Made by a program: the position numbers and the translations under genes. DNA of 64,000 bases. Source: Candidatus Bathyarchaeia archaeon (lineage in GTDB: Archaea; Thermoproteota; Bathyarchaeia; Bathyarchaeales; Bathycorpusculaceae). The notes below the pieces were generated by a model. It saw only the letters and a program-made list of their open reading frames with translations. It searched no databases and was not told the DNA's origin. The stretch covers positions 1,344,001-1,408,000 of the forward strand of contig JBEKKK010000001.1 of assembly GCA_050010755.1 (NCBI GenBank). The letters are read 5' to 3'. Position 1 is the first letter of the stretch, and the number at the start of each line of letters is the position of its first letter. This document shows, one piece after another, positions 1 to 9,522 of this stretch.

Positions 1-128
1 TGAATGAAACAGACTGCCTGGAAGCAATAGCCGTAAAGGGCAAAGCTGCCGAAATTGGAGAACTGCGAAATCAGTTGGCTACAAAGAAAGGAGTCAAACT
101 GTTCAAAGTGATGGTTTTCTCCGTCTGA
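1..128 (+). CDS. nikR: NikR nickel-responsive regulator, C-terminal part (truncated by window edge)
   Basis: Frame from nt 3 reads NETDCLEAIAVKGKAAEIGELRNQLATKKGVKLFK*, which resembles the NikR C-terminal CLE..V.KG...GVK motif. Confidence 0.75.
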   Translation, partial: NETDCLEAIAVKGKAAEIGELRNQLATKKGVKLFKVMVFSV

Positions 129-167
129 CACGTTTAGCGGGCGCGGACAAGATTTATCAAAACCGGA

Positions 168-806
168 TTGAACAGAATTGTTCATTCGGAGAGGATTAAG
201 ATGAGAGAAACCAAAGTTCTAGCTTCTGGTGAACTGTGCTTTGTTGGAAGGGCTGAAGACGCTTTTGAAAGGGCTTTGAAGGAGCAGATTAAGCTTCACG
301 AAGGTGTGACCATAATGGACTTGCTGAAGTTTCTGTATCAATCGACTTTAGGGCCTTTTCATCTTTTTGATATGATGGACGAAACTCAGTTGAAGGAATG
401 GATTAGAAAGAATCTTGAAGATGCGAGGCCTTCTGATGGGCCGCTCATGGAGAACCTGTATGGCAAAAAATGGGTCAGACTCAATTTCGGACCCTACAAA
501 AAGAGATTTGGAAATGATTATCAAAGAATCTATGAGTTGTTTGGGGAAGCCAAGGGGATGAAGCACGGTCAGCTAAGAGAATACCAGGATCTCTTGAAGA
601 AATTGTTCGGTGCGTTGGCAAGTGGAAAGATAAGGCCGAAGACGGATGAGCCGAATATTGTCCGCCCTTTTCAATCTTTTCTTAAAGAATATGAAGAGAA
701 GAATTATCCGCCAATTCATCATTCGAAGAAGTACGTGCTGAAAAACGCCTCCGAATATCTTGTGGTACCTTGCTTGAGCATAGACAAGCTGGGCTGGCTT
801 GTTTAG
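168..806 (+). CDS. Hypothetical protein (DLLKFLYQSTLGPFH ... HHS..Y motifs)
   Basis: 212-aa ORF; true start may be ATG at 201. Confidence 0.65.
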   Translation: MNRIVHSERIKMRETKVLASGELCFVGRAEDAFERALKEQIKLHEGVTIMDLLKFLYQSTLGPFHLFDMMDETQLKEWIRKNLEDARPSDGPLMENLYGKKWVRLNFGPYKKRFGNDYQRIYELFGEAKGMKHGQLREYQDLLKKLFGALASGKIRPKTDEPNIVRPFQSFLKEYEEKNYPPIHHSKKYVLKNASEYLVVPCLSIDKLGWLV

Positions 807-931
807 GGACGCATGCGGCCAATTTATAGACTAATGTGAAAAATTCGAGGATCATCGAGTCAATATGACTCTTATAGAAAGACATAAAGAAGGGGCGAAC
901 TGGAGATAATTCGCCTCGTGCTAGGAGAAAC

Positions 932-1363
932 GTGTTGAAGCAAACGCAAGAAGACGCCACGATATCTGATGACTTGCTCAAACGTGCAGTTGAGTTTCAT
1001 GGGCACTTGGGTCCTTTTCTGGTCCTTGGTTTGAAGGCGGGGTTACTGGCGAATTCGCTGCTTGGGAAGGACTGTTTCGAGACTACGGCTGTCGTGGCAA
1101 CTGATCCTAATCCTCCGCACTCTTGTCTCGTTGACGGTGTCCAATTCGTTACTGGTTGCACGATGGGAAAAGGCAACATCAAAATTAAGAGAAGCAAGAG
1201 TATCTATGTGCTTTTTTTGAAGGGAGGCAGGAAACTCAAGCTCAAATTGATAAGGAACGTCTTGGGCACTATTCGAAACGCTTCTTCGCAAAAGGATTCC
1301 GAGAAGGTGGCACTTGAGCTTTTGAAAAAGCCGGCGCATGAACTATTTGTAATAGAGGAGTGA
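932..1363 (+). CDS. FmdE family protein
   Basis: FHGHLGPFLVLG and C..DGVQFVTGCTMGKGN motifs. Confidence 0.9.
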   Translation: MLKQTQEDATISDDLLKRAVEFHGHLGPFLVLGLKAGLLANSLLGKDCFETTAVVATDPNPPHSCLVDGVQFVTGCTMGKGNIKIKRSKSIYVLFLKGGRKLKLKLIRNVLGTIRNASSQKDSEKVALELLKKPAHELFVIEE

Positions 1364-1584
1364 TTGAAAACCAAGTGGCCCTCCTTGGTATTGCGCGCGG
1401 CTCAGCGCACGACTAACGGAATGATTTGCTTCTTGCATCACGACTTACAGCGTATCCCGCAGGGCGCGCGCGCTGAAATAATCGTTTTATAATTGCTGTG
1501 CTGTTGTTGAGTACCGTGAAACTGGTTTGGTTGTTTAAAAGGTGTTATATAAAGCCTTAGCATATTCTTGAGTACAGGTTTGAG

Positions 1585-2169
1585 ATGAATGAAATGAGCA
1601 AGAGAAAACCGACTATAAAGATTCAGAACATTGTTGCTTCGGCAGCGCTCAATCAGAGGATCAGCCTGAAGAAGATTGTTGAAAAGTTTCCGCACGCTGA
1701 GTACAGTCCAAAAGTGTTTCCGGGGCTAGTTTTCCGGTTGAAGAAGCCTAAGACGGCCACGTTGATTTTTGAAACGGGTAAGATGGTTTGCACGGGGGCG
1801 AAGTCGGAGAAGGAAGCGATTCAAGCTGTGAACAAGGTGACTAAGGAGCTGAAAACCCATGGAATACCAATCGACAATAAACCGGCTATCACCATTCAGA
1901 ACATTGTTGCTTCGGCGGAGCTGAACGGGGAAATAGACTTGGAGAACGTTGTTTACAAGCTGAAGAGAGTGATGTATGAACCTGAACAGTTTCCGGGAGC
2001 CGTTTACAGAATGGACGTACCGAAGGTCGTGTTTCTCATATTCTCGGCTGGAAAACTGGTGTGCGTGGGCGCCAAGAAAGAAGGAGACGTCTATGAAGCG
2101 GTCGGCAAGCTCCAGGCATTATTAGAAGAACAAGAACTCATTTTCTACCCAGAAGAGAAACCTGCCTAG
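1585..2169 (+). CDS. tbp: TATA-box binding protein
   Basis: Two TBP repeats: IQNIVASA...FPGLVFR...GKMVCTGAKS and YEPEQFPGAVYR...GKLVCVGAK. Confidence 0.98.
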   Translation: MNEMSKRKPTIKIQNIVASAALNQRISLKKIVEKFPHAEYSPKVFPGLVFRLKKPKTATLIFETGKMVCTGAKSEKEAIQAVNKVTKELKTHGIPIDNKPAITIQNIVASAELNGEIDLENVVYKLKRVMYEPEQFPGAVYRMDVPKVVFLIFSAGKLVCVGAKKEGDVYEAVGKLQALLEEQELIFYPEEKPA

Positions 2170-2334
2170 AACCAAAACAATCCATCCTGCAAATTCGAGT
2201 TCTATTGGTTTTGAAGGCTCAATTAGCCTTCTGTTTCAACGTTCAAGTCTTTTGTATGGTTCGAGGGTTTTGAACAAAATGTACTTTAGTTTTGTTGTGC
2301 CTTAGTGGTTTCACATGGGCACGTCAGGATATGA

Positions 2335-3285
2335 GTGGCTTTGACCGGTAACAGTGCCGTTTGCAGCGTGTGTAGCCGGAGGAAGGCATTTTTCTTCAGG
2401 TCCTACTCTGGGATGAGTCTCTGCAAGAGGTGCTTCACCGAGTCTATTGAGGAAAAGACGAGGGCAACGATTGCGAAGTATCAGATGTTCAGGTTCGATG
2501 ATACTATAGCAGTGGCCGTTTCAGGCGGAAAAGACAGCGTTAGCCTGCTGCAGGTCTTGGCGAAGATAGAGCTGAGACATCCCAAGGCTCGGCTCGTCGC
2601 CATAACGGTTGACGAGGGGATCAAGGGATACCGAGACGAGGCTTTGAAGATAGCCGCGGAAAACTGTGAGAAGCTGGATGTGGAGCATTATGTGGTCTCT
2701 TTCAAAGAACTTTTCGGCTACACCTTCGATCAGATGGTGAAACGTCTGAAGGGCAAGGACGGCGCGAAGCTTACGCCTTGCGCGTACTGCGGTGTCCTGC
2801 GGAGAAAAGCCTTGAACACCGCCGCGAGGAAACTCGGCGCGGACAAGCTTGCGACTGCCCACACTCTGGATGATGAGGTGCAGACGATGCTTCTGAACAT
2901 TCTCCATGGAGACGTTTTGCGGATAGCAAAGGAAAAACCTGTTACGGATGAGGTGCATCCGAAGTTTGTGCCTAGAATAAAGCCTTTCTGCGAGATTCCT
3001 GAGAGAGAAACTGCGCTGTACGCGTACGTCAAGGGAATAAGATTCCAGAGCACGCCCTGTCCCTACGCTTCAGAGGCTTTGAGAAACGATGCACGAGCGA
3101 TGCTTAACAGGATGGAGGAGAAGCATCCTGGGATAAAATTCACGATTTTCAAGTCGATAGAGAAGATCAGGCCGGCGATAGAGGAAACCGCGAAGAAGGA
3201 AGGGCTCCGTGAATGTATCGAATGCGGAGAACCGACGACAGAAAAAATCTGTAGAACGTGCCAGCTGCGGAAACTTTTGAAGTGA
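2335..3285 (+). CDS. tRNA 2-thiolation protein (Ncs6/TtuA, TIGR00269-like)
   Basis: N- and C-terminal CxxC zinc fingers, PP-loop SGGKDS, CAYCGVLRR, TAHTLDDE. Confidence 0.92.
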   Translation: MALTGNSAVCSVCSRRKAFFFRSYSGMSLCKRCFTESIEEKTRATIAKYQMFRFDDTIAVAVSGGKDSVSLLQVLAKIELRHPKARLVAITVDEGIKGYRDEALKIAAENCEKLDVEHYVVSFKELFGYTFDQMVKRLKGKDGAKLTPCAYCGVLRRKALNTAARKLGADKLATAHTLDDEVQTMLLNILHGDVLRIAKEKPVTDEVHPKFVPRIKPFCEIPERETALYAYVKGIRFQSTPCPYASEALRNDARAMLNRMEEKHPGIKFTIFKSIEKIRPAIEETAKKEGLRECIECGEPTTEKICRTCQLRKLLK

Positions 3286-3303
3286 TTCGAACCCTTGGCT
3301 GAA

Positions 3304-3531
3304 TTACGACGTGTTGAGGCCTCTCTCTTTTGTTGCGGCTTCGGTTTTGAGTTTGCGCAGCATGACCGAGGCTTCGTTGGCGGTGCTGGCTGAAGCCAGT
3401 GTCAATGCCTTTTGAAGTAGGATTGTCAAGCCACAGTGTGGACATGCCCTTGTCTTTTGGTCAGCTTTGGCGAGTAGAAGGCCTCCGCATCTGCTGCAAA
3501 CAACTACTAGCGTTGTAGCCATCGATGTCAC
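3304..3531 (-). CDS. Small zinc-ribbon protein (DUF1922-like)
   Basis: CSRCG...QKTRACPHCG. Confidence 0.75.
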   Translation of the reverse strand: MTSMATTLVVVCSRCGGLLLAKADQKTRACPHCGLTILLQKALTLASASTANEASVMLRKLKTEAATKERGLNTS

Positions 3532-3590
3532 TGATCGAAAGCCTTTTCCACGTTCGACTAGATAACGCTTAGTACTGAGAGGAAAGGGGC

Positions 3591-3959
3591 ATGAGCGACG
3601 AGCAAGAGGCCAAATCGAAATCGGCGTCGAGTCTGGTGCAGGCGGCGGTGCATTATTTCAAGAAGGACGGTTACAAGGTTGAAACGGACGCCACGACGTT
3701 TGAGGGTTTCAGCGGGGTCTCGAAAGTTTTTGATTTGATTGTTCAGAAGGGACGGGTTGAGCAGGGCGTCTGGGTTAGAGATTGGAACAGGACCATAGGG
3801 GTCAACGTGATTATAAACATTGACAAGGCCTCTGAGGATGTGGGGCTGGCCAGTCCCATCATTGTGGGGGAAAAATTCAGCGATCACGCAAAGTCTTATG
3901 CTAACCGAAGGAAGATCACGTTGCTCACGAAAAGGCAGATAACTCAGAGCCTTCGGTGA
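3591..3959 (+). CDS. Mrr-like restriction-endonuclease-fold protein
   Basis: YF...GYKVE...GFSG...FDLIV...FSDHAKSYA...ITLL pattern. Confidence 0.7.
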   Translation: MSDEQEAKSKSASSLVQAAVHYFKKDGYKVETDATTFEGFSGVSKVFDLIVQKGRVEQGVWVRDWNRTIGVNVIINIDKASEDVGLASPIIVGEKFSDHAKSYANRRKITLLTKRQITQSLR

Positions 3960-3965
3960 ACAGGG

Positions 3966-4556
3966 CTAGATTCTTAGGAACTCGTCGAGCCGACCTTCTT
4001 TTTCCAGTTTGCCTAGCCAATCAACAACGCCTATGCGGCACTTGTTGGGATCGGAGATCACTTCTAGTATCGCTCCGACGATGTCTTCTCCGCTCTTTCC
4101 TGTGAGGTCTAATTCGCATGTTTTTCCGTTTCCCACCGCCTTTATGGCATCCACGAGACACACGTCTAAGATTTCAGAGGCCAGGTTCTCCGTCATCTTG
4201 GGTTCAGAAAAGCCGCGCCGTCTCATAAACTCCCGCAACTCGAGAGGATCGCGCCTGAGCACGAACACGAGCGTGACAAGATTCTTTGGGACTACGTTGA
4301 CGGCGTAGTGCCCATCGACCACGACGTTTTCCTTGTCTGTTTTTTTGATTAGCTCGCGAATTCTTCTTGTCATCTTCGATTGGTTCACTATGACGGTGTC
4401 TCTTCTCTCATCTCTTCCCGAGGTCAGATGTTCTCGCAGAGCCAGGTCCGTCAGGTTGATGTACAAGGCATCAAGCTTGGCTTCAAGCAGACGTGCCGCC
4501 GAAGTCTTTCCAACACACGGCGTTCCGGTTATCAGGATAACGCGTTTAGACATCAT
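3966..4556 (-). CDS. Archaeal adenylate kinase (AK6/Fap7 type)
   Basis: ILITGTPCVGKT P-loop, VVDGH, ENL.SE; start placed at MMSKR rather than at the ORF-track start (4625). Confidence 0.92.
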   Translation of the reverse strand: MMSKRVILITGTPCVGKTSAARLLEAKLDALYINLTDLALREHLTSGRDERRDTVIVNQSKMTRRIRELIKKTDKENVVVDGHYAVNVVPKNLVTLVFVLRRDPLELREFMRRRGFSEPKMTENLASEILDVCLVDAIKAVGNGKTCELDLTGKSGEDIVGAILEVISDPNKCRIGVVDWLGKLEKEGRLDEFLRI

Positions 4557-4644
4557 CGAGCAAACCTCAACTCGCTCTATTGAAGCGTTGGGCAAAAAAG
4601 GGTTTCCAAAATTCTTATTGCACACCTGTGTGCACTTCTATCTT

Positions 4645-4964
4645 GGGCTGGCGAGTTGGTGTGTGGCTTTCGAGCCTAACATCTGAAAGGCTTGAGGAAA
4701 CTCCGCCCACGCGTAGAATTGCAACGCTCGAAAGGGCGTAAGGCGAGAGCCTTGGCTACGGAGCAGAAACGAAACGTCCGCTCGGCAAATGCCGATGACA
4801 CATGCTAAGTTGTCGAGAATGCCAAGCGTGAAACGGTGAAACGGCCGTCCTGCAAGTGGAAAGGGCAAACAGACGCTGATGAAGCATCTACCCGAAGCGC
4901 GGGTAGCCCGATTAGCCGAATGCCACAAAAAACAAAAGGCGGGTTACGGCCAACACGCCAGCCC
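4645..4964 (+). ncRNA. rnpB: RNase P RNA
   Basis: 5' GGGCTGGCG-A-GTTGGT pairs with 3' GCCAAC-A-CGCCAGCCC (P1). Conserved GAGGAAACTCC (4695-4705), GCAGAAAC, TGAAACGG and AACAAAAGGCGGGTTAC (P4 3' strand). About 320 nt. Confidence 0.93.
4940..4963 (+). repeat. attL core (3' end of rnpB)
   Basis: Identical to 13492-13515; extends to 28/29 with the upstream AAAG(G/A). Confidence 0.9.
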
Positions 4965-4981
4965 AAAATAAACCCCTTGGA

Positions 4982-5058
4982 CGTCATAAACAACAAAAGT
5001 TCCGTCATAAACAACAAAACCACCACCACAAACAGCCAAAATTCCGTCGTGAACAACA
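4982..5058 (+). repeat. Three phased direct repeats CGTC(A/G)T(A/G)AACAACA
   Basis: Copies start at 4982, 5003 and 5045 (spacing 21 and 42 bp). Confidence 0.8.
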
Positions 5059-6134
5059 TTACTTCCCCAGCCATAGAATATTGGCTCAACGAATTAGCCA
5101 CAAAAAGCGAAACAACCAAGGAACTCTACCTGAAAAACTTCAAGAAATTTCTAGAATTTACAAACAAAACAGCCGACGAACTACTAGAACAACGCCAAGA
5201 AAACCAAACCAGCACAAACCCAAAAATCCAACGACTAATCGAGAGTCAACTCATCAAGTTCATAGCCACCAAAAGGAACGAAGGATTGTCACCAGCAACA
5301 CTTCAAACATACTTCGCCTCAGTCCGCTCATTCTTTGAAATCCATTACTACCCGCTACGAATGAGGCGCGGAGACTACCCAAGTGGCGAAAGTTTAGGAG
5401 TCAAAGCAGCAAACAAAGAGAACATACTCAAAGCGATAGAAAACAAAGCTAACCGCAACAAAACCACCATAAAAGCCGCCATCCTATTCCTAAAAGACTC
5501 AGGCCTAAGAATCAGTGACGCACGACTATTCAACTATGGCGATGTGAAAGAACAACTAGAACGCGGAGACGAATTCATTGAACTAGCACGAATAACACAA
5601 AAACAAAAAACCATAGCGAAGCCATTCATAGGCCCCGAAGCAATCCACGCACTCAAAACCTACCTACAAGAAAGAGAGCACGGTTCTAGACGAGTCCCAC
5701 CCGAAAAACTAACAGACAAAAGTCCATTGTTCCGCACATGGGAATCAACCAAAATCCAACGAATCCCTCGCAACTCCTTCTCTTCACTCGTACGCCAAAC
5801 ATTCCTAAGAATCAACGCACAACACACCACCGCACACAGCCTGAGAAAATACCTCCAAACAAACTTGGAAGCCGCAGGCGTCAACACAAACTGGATAGAC
5901 CAAATCCTAGGTCACAAACTCATCAACAGCCGAGACGCATACAGCAAACCAACCGACGAACAACTGCGAGAAGCGTACACAAAAGCATACAAGTTCATAC
6001 AAGTCTATCCAGAGTTAGACACACCGAAACCACAAGCAAACACAACACAACTCGAGACTAACAAACCAACAATACCAACGCTACAAGAATTCCAATTCAC
6101 CGTAACAATAGAAGGAAAAGAATACAAATCATAG
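5049..6134 (+). CDS. Tyrosine recombinase / integrase
   Basis: SGLRISDA (R), TAHSLRK (HxxR), ILGHK (H), DAYSK (Y). The ORF-track start (4836) lies inside rnpB; in-frame GTG 5049 or TTG 4977 is more plausible. Confidence 0.93.
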   Translation: MNNITSPAIEYWLNELATKSETTKELYLKNFKKFLEFTNKTADELLEQRQENQTSTNPKIQRLIESQLIKFIATKRNEGLSPATLQTYFASVRSFFEIHYYPLRMRRGDYPSGESLGVKAANKENILKAIENKANRNKTTIKAAILFLKDSGLRISDARLFNYGDVKEQLERGDEFIELARITQKQKTIAKPFIGPEAIHALKTYLQEREHGSRRVPPEKLTDKSPLFRTWESTKIQRIPRNSFSSLVRQTFLRINAQHTTAHSLRKYLQTNLEAAGVNTNWIDQILGHKLINSRDAYSKPTDEQLREAYTKAYKFIQVYPELDTPKPQANTTQLETNKPTIPTLQEFQFTVTIEGKEYKS

Positions 6135-6148
6135 ACTAAAAGGGAGCG

Positions 6149-6583
6149 CTAAGACAATGGCTTGATTGAGAGCGCGACGTAGAAAGGATTCAAAGGGTTA
6201 GCGGAAGTCGTGTATATGGTTGTGACATTAAATTGTATTCCACCGTAAATAGAAGACTCTGAACCTACGTTATAAGATGCATTAAGATAAACTGGAAAAT
6301 TGAAAACGTTCTGGTTCTCAGGAAAAGCTGAATCATTAACGTATGAACTTGTTTCAACAGAAATCCAATTCGACTGGCCATACTGCCAATCGAAAGCATA
6401 GACTGTTCTTACGTTCTCTCTTTTATCAGTGTAAGAAGCAGGAACTCCAGAATAGACATTTAATTCAGTGTATCCTAGATTGGATTTTGAGAAGGGATGA
6501 GTAATTATTACACCAAGCAGGAATGCCACACATGCAATAACTATCACCCAAGCTATTATTCTGTTTCTATCCATCTTCCCCAA
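6149..6583 (-). CDS. Membrane-anchored hypothetical protein
   Basis: N-terminal TM helix followed by a beta-rich polar region. Confidence 0.7.
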   Translation of the reverse strand: MGKMDRNRIIAWVIVIACVAFLLGVIITHPFSKSNLGYTELNVYSGVPASYTDKRENVRTVYAFDWQYGQSNWISVETSSYVNDSAFPENQNVFNFPVYLNASYNVGSESSIYGGIQFNVTTIYTTSANPLNPFYVALSIKPLS

Positions 6584-6731
6584 TTCATCAAGCTATGTCC
6601 TTTAAAATAAACCTTTCACCATCATTCAACAAGTACGGGCGTGAAGATAACTTCTTTTTGGCGCGCGCTAAATCATAGCTCAGACACAATAAATCGCTAA
6701 ACATATATTCCTATAATTAGACGTTTTAACC

Positions 6732-7544
6732 ATGACTGATAACGCTGCTGAGGCAATATTAGACGATATGGAGAAGCAAGGTTTCCCACTTGAGATACGA
6801 GTAACCGAGATGTTAAAAGCCCATGGTTGGAGTGTCTACAATCAAGAACCCTACTTTGACAGAAATACAAACAAACAGAGAACAATAGACATCGAAGGCA
6901 TAAGAAGCATTGACTTACCTAAAGGAGAATGGGTATTTCAGGTACGGCTCATTATAGAATGCAAAAAATGCAGTAAACCATGGGTATTTTATGTTTCTGA
7001 TATAAGTAGAGATGAAATAAGAAACGAGCTTCCCTTTTACACCAAAATTTACTCTGACAGCTCAAACCAATTAGATTTTCCTAAAAACCAAATCCAGACC
7101 GATGACTACGTCCCTCAAATCTTGTTCAAAAAAGAGCTTGAGCAACTTATTTTTGAAAAATTAGCGCGTATTGCATATGAACCCTTTACAGATGGCAAAG
7201 GAAACAGCATTCGTAGAGCACGAACACAAGTCTGCAACGCAATCATAGACCTTAAGCGAGATCTAGCTCAAAGTATGGGAGTGGAAATTCCACATTATAT
7301 GCTGTTTAAACCTATAATCATTCTTGACGGTCAATTATACACATATCAAGAAGAGAACCTCATTAAGAAAAAGGGACTCTACTATTACGTAAGATTTTAT
7401 GATGAAACATTCATCATCGAAGTGGTGACTATAGGTTTTCTCAACGAATACCTCACAAAAATTGAGAACAATATCAATAACTTTCTGAGAACACAAGAAG
7501 CGCGCACACTACAAGCGATAGAAACAAAAAAGGCAGCCAACTAG
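6732..7544 (+). CDS. PD-(D/E)XK nuclease-fold protein
   Basis: GFPLE.RV...GW.V...YFD....RTIDI...LIIECKK...PWVF pattern. Confidence 0.7.
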   Translation: MTDNAAEAILDDMEKQGFPLEIRVTEMLKAHGWSVYNQEPYFDRNTNKQRTIDIEGIRSIDLPKGEWVFQVRLIIECKKCSKPWVFYVSDISRDEIRNELPFYTKIYSDSSNQLDFPKNQIQTDDYVPQILFKKELEQLIFEKLARIAYEPFTDGKGNSIRRARTQVCNAIIDLKRDLAQSMGVEIPHYMLFKPIIILDGQLYTYQEENLIKKKGLYYYVRFYDETFIIEVVTIGFLNEYLTKIENNINNFLRTQEARTLQAIETKKAAN

Positions 7545-7755
7545 AAAAGAAACAAAGCAACCAGCAGACCTGCTCAACTAACTTGCGAAAATGCTCACGG
7601 CCAAAGCATAAAACAACACTATCAACGCTCTAGCGCGGCTTTTGGCTCGCACTCGCTTCGCATCGTGCTCGCATCACCCACATTACGCGCGCCTAAGGAG
7701 CTCGTAGAAACGATTAAATAGGAAACAATTTAAGGTGAAATGGAGTGATAAAACC

Positions 7756-8796
7756 ATGAGCGGAGCGGAAGAGTCTAGAAAACAGAGACCCTTTCCAAGG
7801 AATACAGTCGAAGATGCCCTAAGAATTGCGAAAACAATTCTAGACCTTAACAATGGCAAACCCATGAAACGAATTTTTATTGCAGATCACTTGAAAATAA
7901 GACCCGATAGCACCAATTTCAAGTATTTGATTAGTGCCTCTTTTAGGTACGGTCTTACGCAAGGGAATGAGAAATCTGAATTCATCAGCCTGACACCCTT
8001 AGGCGAATCGATAGTGAGAGCAAAGGATGCAGAAAAGACGGCATTTCTCCAAGAGGCTGTTCAAAAGATACCTGTATTCCACAATTTCTATGAAAGGTAT
8101 CGAGATGCTAAACTGCCTACGGATGAGTATGCAAAGAAACTTCTAAAAGACGAGTTTCAGGTTCCCTCAGAGCATTTGGATGAATGCCTAAACATATTAA
8201 TCACGAATGGAAGATTCGCAGGACTAATAAGAGAAGTAGCAGGAGCCACTCGTGTTGTTTTTGAGACGGCTACTTCAGCTACTCCTGTAGTCCCGCAAGA
8301 GTCAGAAGCCCAAGGAGAAGAAGGAGCGGGAGAGGAAAAGGAAGAGAAAGCCGAGCTACTCAAGGAGCAAATCAAGAAGCCACGGGTATTCATTTCTCAC
8401 AGCAAAAACAAGAAAATAGTCGACCAGATAAAACAGATTTTGGATTTTGGACAGTTTGAATATGTAGTTGCAGAGGAAACAGAAACTACAGCGATTCCTA
8501 TTCCTGACAAAATCTTTGGATTGATGAGAGACTGTGATTGCGCAATAATAAATGTAAGCGCAGATGAGCAAGAGAAACGAGCCGATGAAACCTATGGAAT
8601 AAATCCCAACGTTCTCGTGGAAATTGGCGCCGCTTTCCTCAAGTATAACAAGAAAGTGATTTTACTCGTGGACAAGAGAATAAACTTGCCTTCGAATTTG
8701 CAAGGGCTATACCGAAGCGAGTATGAAGGCGATGAACTCACCTTTACCACGGCAATGAAATTACAAAAAGCACTCACGGATTTTAGGAAACTGTGA
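7756..8796 (+). CDS. Winged-helix-like N-terminal domain fused to a TIR-like (PF10137-type) domain
   Basis: C-terminal RVFISHS...AIINVSAD...NPNVLVEIGAA...LPSNLQG; N-terminal YGLT.G...ISLTPLG; acidic linker. Confidence 0.8.
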   Translation: MSGAEESRKQRPFPRNTVEDALRIAKTILDLNNGKPMKRIFIADHLKIRPDSTNFKYLISASFRYGLTQGNEKSEFISLTPLGESIVRAKDAEKTAFLQEAVQKIPVFHNFYERYRDAKLPTDEYAKKLLKDEFQVPSEHLDECLNILITNGRFAGLIREVAGATRVVFETATSATPVVPQESEAQGEEGAGEEKEEKAELLKEQIKKPRVFISHSKNKKIVDQIKQILDFGQFEYVVAEETETTAIPIPDKIFGLMRDCDCAIINVSADEQEKRADETYGINPNVLVEIGAAFLKYNKKVILLVDKRINLPSNLQGLYRSEYEGDELTFTTAMKLQKALTDFRKL

Positions 8797-8811
8797 TTGA
8801 AGGTTGAAAGA

Positions 8812-9354
8812 ATGTGGCATGAATATCCGATTCCGACAGATTTTGAGAACCAGAAAAGAATCATTAGGGCGTTGAGGGAATGGATAAAGCAACTTGAAGC
8901 TGACAACTTGATCTCTGGATTCGCGTTTAATCATTATTCCTCAAATCCTGAAGTGCCTGATGAACTTCGAGTCAGATTTCAATACTCTAATGAAAATAAC
9001 CGCGAGGGCGTAGAAAATCAATTAGAAACCGAAGTTAAAGAGATGCTACCGAATTATGTGATGCAAGAGAGGGAATGGGGCTCAGACACAACCGATAGGC
9101 ATATTCTCCAAGCCTACGAACTCGGAAGTAGATGGTCTTTTCTAGCTTGGGAACTAATCGAAAAGGGACGTTTTCCAGCGGAGTATTTCACGCGCCCAGA
9201 GTTCCAGTTCCATTTTAACCACGGAGTAATGAACTCTCTCGGTATTCCGAAAATCCCTGACGAACTAAACATTCACATAAACAACATAATGGATGCTACC
9301 AATTCGCGAACAAAAGAATCTCTAATAAGATGGTTGCAGGAACATCTTGCCTGA
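8812..9354 (+). CDS. Hypothetical protein, weak resemblance to the lantibiotic dehydratase C-terminal (Lant_dehydr_C) fold
   Basis: FAFNHYS...DELRVRF recalls FFIRY..PHLRLRF; gene directly follows the TIR gene. Confidence 0.55.
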   Translation: MWHEYPIPTDFENQKRIIRALREWIKQLEADNLISGFAFNHYSSNPEVPDELRVRFQYSNENNREGVENQLETEVKEMLPNYVMQEREWGSDTTDRHILQAYELGSRWSFLAWELIEKGRFPAEYFTRPEFQFHFNHGVMNSLGIPKIPDELNIHINNIMDATNSRTKESLIRWLQEHLA

Positions 9355-9522
9355 ACTCGACAATCCTTGGAATCCAATCCTTCCTTTCTCCCCACGCACC
9401 ATCTCCTTTTGCTGAAAAACTAATTATGGATTACTAGCGCGCGCCACCCAACAAACGAAAAACATTAAGCATACTCTCGCCAAAGAGGAATTAACAATAA
9501 CGACATCTGGTAGGTTACCAAA

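Noticed and set aside
1621-1916. 23-bp direct repeat ATTCAGAACATTGTTGCTTCGGC within tbp
   Set aside because: Expected consequence of TBP's internal two-fold repeat (IQNIVASA).
4638-5119. ORFs 4638-4928(-), 4805-5119(-) and the 4836 start of the integrase
   Set aside because: They overlap the RNase P RNA gene or are antisense shadows of A/C-rich sequence.
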